This document shows positions 13,343 to 25,300 of a stretch of DNA of 64,000 nt, piece after piece. The position numbers and the translations under genes were made by a program. The notes beneath the pieces are model-generated. The model was given only the letters and a program-made list of their open reading frames with translations, was not told the DNA's origin and did not search any database. Position 1 is the first letter of the stretch. Each line of letters starts with the position of its first letter. Source of the DNA: Callorhinchus milii. Its lineage: Eukaryota. Location of the stretch: the NCBI RefSeq assembly GCF_018977255.1, contig NW_024704743.1:28770001-28834000 (forward strand), read 5' to 3'.

Positions 13343-16300
13343 CTAGAGAAGGACACAAGCTTTTAGAAGTACTGTCAACAATAAAGCAAATAACAATCAC
13401 AGGTTTATAGTGTTGTGCTCCCTCTAACTCAAAAAGAACAGTTCTTCAAAGGTTGCTAAATTTCATGGATTTCAAGCATCAGTGAAGAATAAGATGTCCT
13501 ATTTGTAAAGGTCTGTAATCTTTTGAAAATCATCCCCAAAGAGCCTCCATTTTCCTTTCTGCACTTCTTCTGATCTCTCCAACCACCAGCCAGTCTGCTC
13601 TGAACCTTTGGAACTCTCTGCTCAATCCTGGGCACTTTTCTGCATCTTACCAAAGCGTGTTGTTAGGGGCCATCTGTTGCTGGGGGCCCCTGGGTCCCTC
13701 TGTCGATCTGTCTGTCATCTATCACAACAGTCTTGTTTTCTGTTAAAGTTACCCAACAAATAACTTCTAGGTGCCTTAGTAAATCCAAACAATAAAGAAT
13801 CCGTACATAATTTACATTCATTGGAAAGACATCACAAAAGTGGTTTCTTCAGCTGGCTGGGCACCTAAGCCGGGGGTCAGGGTGGGGAGCTGAAAATAAT
13901 AGGCGGGGGGGGGGGGGGGGGGAGATGGAAGATGATCGAAAGTGCGTCCAAAGAGGTAATTCTTGAAACAGACTTTGAAAATGGGAAAAGATACAAGATC
14001 TAAATAATATATTTTGTACGTCAATGAAAGCTGTTTCACAAAAGCACCCAATGTCAGAGTACATACTGGAGTTGGGCTGAAGTTTTCGTGCAGGCTTCCA
14101 AGAAGGTCTGGAGAGGAAATATCCACAGAGAGGCTGAGAGGAGAAAATAACACACGTTTTCTTCTTGCATTAATAATATTTTGTTAAACAACTTTTTTCT
14201 TATTACTATTCACTAGTAATAAAAAAATTATTATCAATTGACTGCCGCATTTTGCCCACAAAATATACAGTCAATTCACTTTACAGTATATTCTGGGAAG
14301 CGCTTTGAGACGTCTCGAAGATGTGATAAGACGATATATCAAATGCAATTATTATTTTTGAGAAATAACATTGCCAAAAATACAGTGACAAAGTGACTCT
14401 CTAAATACATAATGCAAAAAGATTTTTTTACCTTATCTTTTTTACCTTAAATCAGTGATGGCCAACCTTTATGATCAGCCAATAAATTATTTTTTTCTTG
14501 ATTGAATATTTCTTGATTTACGCCATAAATCAAGAAATATTTAATCGACTAAACACGATTTCCTAAAGTTCGGATTTTCGGCTGCTACCAATAGATACCG
14601 AAACACTGCCTCACAAATGTAATAAAAGGGCAGACTTTCCTAAACATTTCCAGAATCATTTTGTGGTGACAATATATTTTTTATTCAATATATAAAAATA
14701 GTTTTCAAGTTCTTTTAAAAAAAATCTCTGCTCCTTCCTCAACTTTGTCCCTTGCAATTATGCCCAGCTCCTGGTAATTGTGTCACTTGACATGGTTTAC
14801 CAAATACTGCTCCGATGTAATTTCTTTTCATTAACCACCCCCCTATTTTCTAAATGACAATACAGTATACTCACTGGCTACTTTCTGCATCACCATCTGA
14901 TTTTGTGCTCAGGTACTCCAGGGAACCAACAAAAACCTGTAATGCAAGAACACTGTTTGAAAGAAGTTACGTGTGTACAATACAAAGTAACTAAAAATGT
15001 ACACTGACTTAATTGGATTTAGTCTGAATTCCTGAACAGTATAAATAATAGACTTTTTGCCCAGAAGAGATCCATTTGGGCCAACGTGTGTTTGTGCCAC
15101 TGGTACTTGCTTTTCCAATTTTTTTTTATTAATTCCGCTTCCCAGCTTTCTCTGCATATTCCTTAATGTTTTATTGCTTAAATGCGTTTCCAGTTAACTT
15201 TGGTTAACTCTTGATTCAAACTCCAAAGCCACTTGTGGTTCTCTGAATGAAGAAATTCCTTCTTATCCCCCCGATTGTTCTGCTGACAAATCCCAATCTG
15301 TGCTCCAAGTCACCAATTCTACAAATAAATAGTTTTTTCCTATCTATCCATACCTTAAACATTGTTATATAGAACTTCTAACAAATTAAATAATAATGTC
15401 ATCTATATGAATTAGGCTTGAACGGATCAATTTCAAGATTCTCAAACTCACCTACAAATAAATCACTTAATTCCTAGCAACTTCCTACCTTTCCAATCTG
15501 CTCACAACCCATACCTTTAACCCAGCCTCTTGTCTCCTTTCTTAAAGAACTTTAAAACAATCTGATCTACCAACAACTTTCAACAATGTTTGGTGCAGGA
15601 GGAGAGAGCAGCACATTTTTCTCTTGTATATAAGTTATTTGGGAGATGAAAGGAAAGAGGAAAAACATGCAGCAAAAACATACTCAGTAACCAACAGAGT
15701 TAAGTATATCCATTTAACTGGTACTCACCTTCATGATGTTAACAGACAGTTCGCACACGTGATACTGTGTCTTCTCATGCTGAAATATCTGCAAATACAA
15801 ATGCAGGCATTTGTTTCTGTGAAGAGTGGTAAAGCTAAGAGGCAAGAGTCTATCATGTTCCAAAAATGTAATACGTCAATATTACACCACTAGCTGTGCA
15901 CTGTGTCAGATCACCAGAAATTTAGAAGTCACCAGAAGGTAAGTAGGGTTGGCAGGTCAGTCGAGGTTATATGCCTTAAGTTTGCAGCATCAAAGAAGCT
16001 CCGCATATTGCTCTCCTTACATCGTCGCTTTCCCCCTTCCCCTGCCTCCTCCCCTCCCTCTCTCCCTAACTCCCCCGCTTCTCTCCTGGCTTGTTGTCAG
16101 ACTCCATCACTATGAAGCACTCTGGGACGCTCCCTGTGTGAAGGACACTATATAAATGCAAGTTGTTGTTGTTGTTGTATCTCATAGCATTTACTGTTTT
16201 CTTTCAGTCATGGACAAATTAGTGCAACATTGCATAAACTATGAAGTCACGAGGTCAATCTTGACACATTTACTGATATATTTAATATTTTGTAAAATAA

Positions 16301-19300
16301 TTTAATAATAAATCAAACAAAATGAATATATATTAGATTGAAAATTTATATTAATTAGAAATACCTGAGAAACATCTTTTATTCAGTTTGCCATTATCTT
16401 TGTCAGCCATTATAAACTCTGTCAATGGCAACTAAATATAAAGCTTTATTCACTTACTATTTAAGGTTCCCCCCCCATCCTCCACATATATGCAAACTCA
16501 TACACACAAAAACATTTCTGAATTTCCAAGACGAAAGTGTCGTTATATAACTGACTTGTGTGCTTCTGCTAACAGTATAAACTGTGAAATGCTTTGGGAT
16601 GTCAGCCCGATGTGAAAGGCGTTTTATCAAGTGCAAAGACTAACCATTAGGGGGAAGTACATGAGCAGCATCCTATCTATTCTCAAGATTGGTTTGGATG
16701 AAGATGGTCCTTCAGGCATTGGATACAAAGTTACATTGGTATAGCGCCTTTCACGTCTGGAGGACATCCCAAGGCGCTGGATCTGATGCTTCCAGAATAC
16801 CCATTCTTCTACCTTCTCATCACAGCATCAAGCTTCTTTTTTTTAAATAAGTTCAGTGTCCTGGCCTCAATCACCCTTCCTGGCAACCGGTTCCAGTCTT
16901 TAATTACACTCCAGCTAAAGAAATACTTATTGTTGTCTGTTTGGAATATTGACCTTTGTAACCCTGAATCTGTAGGGTAAACGTAATTTTGTTGTTGTTG
17001 TTGTTGCATCCTCTGATTCTGATAGCTCGCTGCATCTGAAAGATTGTTCTGGGATTGTGTTCTCAATATCATTTAAAAGCTTGTCGCTGAAAGGTTCCCT
17101 TTGAGATGTCTCCTTTCAAGACTGACATTTCCTGTCCACTTGCAGGGAAGCACCCAACCATTTATCCAGGTTTTCATAGCTTCCGTGGCCTAGCGAGCAT
17201 CTGCAACTCACTTTGTCGCAACACAGGCTGAAAATAAAAGTGGAGTAAATATATGGCTAAGATTCTAAATGGTGGTTAGAGGAAACTGCTCCAGGGTCTC
17301 CTCCAATAGCACTTGGAAATCAGCCACAAGTAGGTGTGGGAGAGTGTCGAGCGATAACCAACCTTTACCTTTGATCTTTGCTTGGCACAATCCCACAGCG
17401 ACCCAGGTCGATCAAGCACCTAACCTAATTCTAGTAGTTACTGCATTCTAACCACAGTATCAACCCCAATAAACAGGTTATTTAGTGCAAGAAGGTTACT
17501 GTGCACGGTACTTTTCCAGCAAATAGATAGTAATGTTCTTATAAGAACTTAAGCCAAGAAGTGGACCATCCGTCACACTACAGGGATTACTCGTTAAGAG
17601 TCATAGTGCAAAAATTAGTTTACTGCTGCTCATAGAAATCCTCAAATGATTTTTGTTGGTGTAAGGCACAATCAAGTAAAGCTCCAGTTCTTGTCTAAAA
17701 GTACGCATTTATAATCTACATGCCTTAAACTTTTCAGCACCACCTTTGAACATTAGACTTAAAAAAAAACGAGTAATAATGAACCACGGTTGAGTCACAT
17801 CTCAGTTCTTTGAACTTACATCAATTAAACTAGTGGTGAGGAACCTGTCATGTATGCCAAATGATACATGAGGCCAATTCAAGAGAAGACACAAGTTTTG
17901 AAGTACCAGCGTTCCTGCATTTAATAATAATAATAATAATAATCCTTGCATTTGATACAGCGCCTCATCACATCATTGAGACTTCTCAAAGCAGTTCACA
18001 GAATACACTTGAAAGTGAATTGACTGCGTATGTTTTGGGTGAAACACGGAAGGCATTTGAGCGCATCAGTGTCCCACAAACAGTCGAGGTTTGAGTGACC
18101 AAATTATTATTATGATTTTGTTGATTGGTGTTTTTTTTTCAAACACAGCGATAAAAGAGAAAACAAGAAAGACATATAGACTGATACAGAAACAGAGGCA
18201 GAGAGTCACATACAAATGCAGAATAAAAAATGAAGTTTAATAAAAGATTTAGCAGAAAACCTCCCAATTGTTTGGAATGGAATGCACACTATCCTCCCGA
18301 AAGGTTGGATCCTGCTTACCTAATTCTGGAAGATTATGGCCACGGGATGACCTCAGAATATACATTGGGGTACCGGTGTAATTTAAACAGCTAAAACCAC
18401 ATAGCTTGCTATTGCGAGCACTGCCTGGCAAGTACTAGGACCACCCTTCCCATTAGAGGATTGTCTTGCAGAGTTAACAGGATCTTAAACAGAAAAATTC
18501 CTGTCCCCGGTCTGTACCTCCAAGTTCTGGTGATAAGCCAGGCTTCTGATCTGTCATCAGCAATGTTCAAGAGCGCCGTGATACACCTGGCTCAGGACCT
18601 TCACAGTGTTGACTCAATTCTGAGTCAGCTGCTGCGTCTTGGAGCTAGCTCAGGCCAAGGAGACTCCGCTTACCTCTCCACAAGAGTCACTCGTTGGTCA
18701 TTAAACGTTTAACAAGCATAGGCTTCAACTCTCACAAGGTGATACCAGGAACTCCTTGTGAGTCTCTTGATAAGCAGCACAACTTGGTATGAAATACAGT
18801 GAGATCACTTCCACCATCTGCCTCAGTCCACAGCTCGGTCAAACGTCCTTACCCACTGAGCATTGGTTCCAACAGTTGCAAGTGCAGAGTTTCAGAAGCA
18901 GTTACTAATTTCACTGCACACCAGTGAAAGTGGATATCAAGCCTGAATACATGAGGATGAGTTCATGAACCCAGATTCAGGGTACCAGCTTCCATTAGCT
19001 GTTGTCCCAAGCCTGAGAGTTTCCTCATTAGCTGTGTGATAGACATCTGCATTCAGTGCTGTGGAAGGATCTTTAAGCGACAGTTTGTGACAGGTCAGCT
19101 ATCTCGATCTTCTTGAGGCCTAGGTCTATGCTGTGTACCAGGCATACTCGGTACCTACAGTAAACCTCACATTAGTTGCAGTCATATCAGTTGGGGCCAT
19201 ACATTTAATGACTTTTACAATGTTCGAGTTCTGTAAAACTGATAAAAAATAGGAAATTCAATGGGGCTTCGACAGATGTACAACTTAGGCGATTATACAA

Positions 19301-22300
19301 TTGATACAGATCAGACTTATGAGAGTTTTACTGTACTTCAATTCAAATCCTCATGTGAGCAGCTTTTGTTTACTCGACCTTGTCCATTGTAAAGCGGACT
19401 CCCCCACCCAGGGGGCTCAGTGACATGTCAGTGAAGGTTAAAGCGCTCCCTCCCTGCAGTCACTTCCCCTTTTTACCATATATCCACATCATTGCTCAGT
19501 CCTAGAATATGGTAAACAATTGGTCGGAAATTGTTTTAAGCAGAATGGAGGATTTTTAAAATAAAGATGAATTATCATCACTATTGAGATATGGGCGTTT
19601 GAGTTTCGAGGATAAGGATTACACCACTACTTCTACCGGTTATTTTATGTTTCTCCATCAATGCAATCCTGTTTCCTCACTATGACAGAAGTTGTAATTG
19701 ATAAATTGGTGCAAATTAATAAGTAGAGTTCTGCAGGGTCACGGGTTTATATTTATGAAATTCTGGGGGTGATTTTCTGTTGGCTGGTAAAATTGGTCAA
19801 CGTGGGCAGGCTACTACTAACTTTGTGAGGCTTGTTAAGACAACCTAAAAAATGAACTTATAGCATGGTACTTCATAAGTGTGAGGAACAAATATTCAGA
19901 TTCATCCTCTTTAGCGCAGTATTGATGAAGTGGTGAACAACATTTTTCCAGCTAGAGGAGCGTACATGGTGACTAATACCTTTTGAAGAGAACATAGAGA
20001 AAAAACATTGTGGAAACGATTTTGCCATCTGGACACTGGACTCGTTTAAGAAGCAATTTGACACTGCAATGAGAAGATGATAGGGTTGTCATTCTGGAAG
20101 CAAATGAAATGGGCTGAAGGGCCTTCTTCATTCAAAAGTCTCTTATGAACTCTGGAGCTGAACATTTCACATTGAAGGGAAATTAAGAACAAAGTTCAGA
20201 ACTTGGTCTAGAGATGTAACACTTACGCTCGTCTCTCCAGGCTGGCAGTCTATGGTTTCCTTGAGTGCTTGTAGAGTTTGCACAACACAATGTTCAAATT
20301 GAGCTGGCTATTGAAGAGAAAAAACAAGTCTTATTATTGTTCAGAATCAACTGTATGGTGGTGCTGTCTACAGCTAGTAAAAAGATTTTGTTTTTGTTGC
20401 TTGGAATACAAACTATTTTCAGTGACCTAGAAAATACATTTCCTAGATTTCACCCAAAACATTTCATTTTTACCCAATTGATAATAAATGTTATGATTAT
20501 TTGATTAAGGTCACACATACACAAAATTTAAATGATCTAAACTCTGGAGTGCTTATCTAATCTTCTACATTACATTGTATATCCTTGAGCACTTGGTTTC
20601 TGTTGCATATCACTTCCATGGTTCCATCAGGTCAGGTACAATCATGCTCTACAAAGATTATCTTTCTGTATTTGGCTTTCAGAACCCTCAATTCTATTCC
20701 AAAGACTATTTCTTCTTGTACTCATTTCCCATATGTCCAGTTGATAACACTACATGTGCTGCTGTAAGACCAGCAAATGATAGTACAGACCAATTGAATA
20801 AGGTTAAAAAAGCAATTTAGTCCAATAAAGCGTAATTTTTCAATAAACTACATTAGTTAGCTCTCCAAGGGACTCTACTCAATTGATTTAGATGTGCAAT
20901 ATACCCCCCACAAATCTTCCCAAGTGTCTCTTTATAGCTATTTTCTATCACAATTCAATCAAATTCATAACTATTCTGAAAACATTATAAGGCATATATG
21001 AACTTAATAGATGATCCAGCTAAACAAAGAGATGGTAAACAGAACACGGTTGCTACTAACCAAAGAAGTGATACCCTCATTGTCAACGATCCAGTCTTCT
21101 TTTTCTGCAAGTCTCTTAACATCTAAGTAAGAAAGAAATATGATAAACTATTTTCAAATAAAGAAATATTGGCTGTAATATTTTAATCTATTTCCATTGT
21201 CATGGGTTCAAGCCCACGCCGTATTATCCAGTGTCTAAAGGTTTGCCCACTATGGACATTAGACTGACTGGCTATACAATAATTATTTGTCTTTTCCCAT
21301 TCTATCTTTTTAAACATTCACTACCTTCCAGTCTCCTGGCACAACTTTCAAAGATGTTCGAACAATTGTTGTCAGAGCATCTTACTAGTTCCTCCTTGAC
21401 TTTCCTCAACATTCTCGGATCAAGTTCTCTAGCACCACTTCCTTTTGTACAGTTATCCCTGCTAATTGCTGTACATCCTCGTCTTGTGCATTCAATGCCT
21501 CACTACTGTAAAACTCCCTTCTGTAAACCCAAGGCCAAATGCTCATTAAGTAACCCTGCCAAACCTTCATTTTCTATGACTAGATTTCCTTTTTTGTTTC
21601 TAACTGGACCCACCTTTTCTTTAATTATGCTTTTACTTTTTATTGTGTTTATAAAATGTTTTAGTATTTTTCTTTCCTCATATCCTCTTTTGGCATGACA
21701 AATCTTTTTTGCTTCCTTTCTATATTTTGTAGACGCTGCCCGATTTTTTAATGTATTAATTGACTTTTATTGTATGCTTTTAAGTCTTATTTTTATTGTA
21801 ATTTTTCAACTCATCCAATAAACCCTAGTTTTAGCAGTACCCACTTTATTTATTGTCAGGAGAAACTTATTTTGCACTGTGTTTATCTTGGCTTTGAAAG
21901 TTTCTCACTGTTCATCTACTGTCTTATCTGGCAGCCTTTCTGCCCAATTTATCTGTGCTTTTGTTCCCTTTTGAGCTTTCTGAAATGTGTCTTTTTCGAG
22001 TCGGGTACCTTTGTCTTTGACTGTTGCTCCTTTTCAGCTTTTACATTAAACCTAATAATGCTGTGGTTGCTGTTTCCTGGATGTTTCCCAACCTGTACGT
22101 TACTCACTTGCCCCACTTCATTTCCTAGAACAAGATCAAGAACTGTCTCCTTCCTAGTTGGACTGGAAACACAGATTAATGAAGCAATCCTGTACCCACT
22201 ATAAAACCTCCCCTTTTGGCCATTCACATTACCTGTGTCCCAATCTATTTTAGGATAATTGAAGTCTCCAATTATTATTACCCTGTTATTCTTGCACTTC

Positions 22301-25300
22301 TCCTGGATTTCTCTATAAATCTGTTCCTCTGTCTGATTTTCAGTTTGGTGGTCTATAATAAACACTTCCCTTCTTATTTCTCACCTTTACCCAGAATGAA
22401 AATGCTATTCATTCTATTGGTGTATTATTCATTCTTACCATCCGCAGTCTGCTGCAGTGTAACGATTAGACAACGCACTCGCACATCTAAGATTAGCTCC
22501 TGGATTGTCTGCAATAGATCATTCGGTATTTCCAGGGCTGTCAACGACTCGTAGTTCAGCCTGTTATTGAATCAAAAGTAAAATAAATAGGAATGATTTA
22601 AAGGCATTCACTTTTAAAATATACTACAGGGATAGAGCGGAAATTAGAGTGGGCGCAGTTAGAGGCAACATTAAAATATGAAATAGCCAACAGCCGTGCA
22701 TTGATATGTCCATCAGGGACCAAGAGAAAATCGCCTCGACCAAAAGATAAAATGCGAAATTTGCCAAATCACAAATGGTGATATTGAATGTGTGCGATAT
22801 AGTTCGGAAACTTGCCTAAGGTATTGGCCCGCCTGGGAATCGAACTTGGATCCTCTCGCTTGCTAGGCAAGGGCGCGAACCATTATGCTACAGTTCTGCA
22901 TGTACATCAAAGTTTAGATCATAGTCTAGATCCAAATATCAAAGAGAATTGAGTCGTCTGCCAACGCAATAATCTTTGTATTTGATTACTTATAATGCCT
23001 TATCTGCTGAAACATCTCAGTGTATCATAGCATTTTACTGTAAAGTGCAGTGACTAAATTTTTTGTAGACATACATGACAGCCAATTTGCTCATAATAAT
23101 ATCCCACAAACAGCCATGAAGTGAATAATCAATTTTATCCGGGGGATTGTTGACCAGGACACCAGAAGATAAACTCCCTGCTGAGCAAGTGGTTCAAAGG
23201 TGTACTGCCAAAAATCAAAGCGTCAAACGCAGGTGATAACCAGGAAGAAAGTCCACTCACAAAACATATGATACCATCTTTGCCGGATCAAATTAAAATA
23301 CTGTTGTACAGATTAGTTAGGTTTTAATGAATAGGTGCTGTGAAATGTGTAACTTTTCTCTCTCTCGGTTTAGCACAAGGAGATATTAAACATGTGGGAA
23401 ATGGTGCAACAGTACGTGAAAAGTGCAGTGTGTGGCAACCTGATTTTCATGGTGAATAATAGTTGCCTCCGGTAGAACATTTCCACAAGTCTGTAAACAT
23501 GGCTGCGATTTTAGATCTCATTTACAACAGCAAATTACATATTCATAGCGCCTTTCACGTCAGAAGAATGTCCCAAAGAACTGGACAGGCAAGGGGTTTC
23601 ACCCAAGCTGGGGACTGGAATCAAGAGGGGTGAGGGTGAGAGTGGAGGAAAATGACTGAAGTCACAGTCAAAGAGAAATGTCTTGAGACAAACCTTGAAG
23701 GAGGCAAGGGAGGGGGTCGAGGCGGAGGAGCTCCAGGACGGAGTTCCAGAGGATGGGGGCCAAAAAACTGGGGAACATGGAGCAGGCCAGTGCCGGCTGA
23801 ATGGAGGGAGCGGACAGGTTGGTATGGTGTTAATAGGCCGCAGAGGTAGGGAGGAGCATGACTGTGAAAGGCTTTAAAAGTGAGGACGAGGATTTTAAAC
23901 TTGATCCAGTGGAGCTGAGTGACTTTGAGGGTCATTGGTTCACAAAACTTGGTATGAAGGGAACACAAACTGCAGTTATGAATAATCTGCAGTTTGTGGA
24001 GGGAAGAATTGGGAAGGCCGTCAAGCAGGGTGTTAGAGTAGTCAAACCTGGATGTGATAAAAGTGTGGATGAGGGTCTCAGCGGCCTGAGGGGAGAGGCA
24101 GTGGTGGAGGCAGCCAATGTTACTGAGGTGGGAGAAGGCAGAACGAGTCATGGCAATGACGTGTGGTTTAAAGGACAATTGAGGGTCAAACAGGACACCA
24201 AGGTTCCATAATGGCTCGATGAGGGGGAAAGTGCATCCATGAACTGTGATGCTATCAGCGCCTCAGGTGAGGAGGGGCTGACAGGAGACAAGCAGGAGGG
24301 CCTCTCTCTTGCCAACATTCAACATTTACCTCATCGTGTGAATAACGTGGGTTAGCCACTGGCCAGGAAGCTCTGTTTTCGTTTCCCAACCCCCATAATG
24401 TCTCAGTTCTACTTCTTGGAGGCTGGAGGGGAGAAGAGCTCCTCTGATCAGCTTCACAAGCGAGTTTATTACCTCTTGAATCATTTTCTGCAATTTGAAC
24501 AAAAAACAAAATCAAACGGCCACTTTGGTGGCATATATCTTACTTGCTTAAAAAAAGCTTGAATTACAATATATTCTTTCTTAGACAATTGTACCTTGAA
24601 GTCGTTTTGTCGGGATCGGGCATTCTTCTTAAATTTTTCCACTTGTGCTGATTTTTCACCGGTCTTTGGAAACCAGAAACAGATTAAAATTAAAGTGCAA
24701 ACCAAACATGTACAAGTAAGTGTGCAAAGTAGAGATAAAAGTAAAATATAGAGGAACCAATTTTTGAATATGTTAGCATAATATTGCAACCATATTTTAA
24801 GCATTTTATACAACTGTAGAGATTTATTTGGGGGCAGCCAAGCATTTGACATATGCCCAAGTCCACAACCATGCTTAAAAAANTCCCAATCAGACAGAGC
24901 TCCATGCATCCCACCTACACGTGAAAATGCCGGTGTCTGGAATGGAATACACACTCTCTCCCCGTGGTGGAGGCAGGAAACGCATTTTGCTTACATAATT
25001 CCAGAGAGCGTTAGGCACAAGTTTATTATTATTAATATTATTATTAAGTTAGCAAAAGCCAAAGCTTGAGGGCCCCAGAGTGCGCATTCGGATACTGCAT
25101 TAATAGAAAATTGTTGGTTTGAGTGATTGCCTCTAAAGTTAAATATATGATCCAACAGCACCATCTACTGGTCATCCATTATCACTGTAACGCGGTCCCT
25201 GACAGACTATTCAACCATGAACCATCAATTCTGATGTCCCTATAACCACTTTGACTCAAATTACTAGCTCACAGACCAGGAATTGAGCCTGGAACCTGCC

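Noticed and set aside
13905..13922. Long G/C homopolymers (also ~40528-40544 and 42527-42543) and a single N at 24883
   Set aside because: These are low-complexity or assembly-quality features with unreliable lengths and no functional evidence.
18520..19170. Possible very old RTE-like LINE remnant
   Set aside because: Only faint motif echoes (VYQA) are visible. I cannot support the call without a profile search.
24595..24666. Ex14 has an AAG acceptor and seems one codon longer than the human exon as I recall it
   Set aside because: The frame is preserved and AAG acceptors are uncommon but normal. This is a minor lineage difference.
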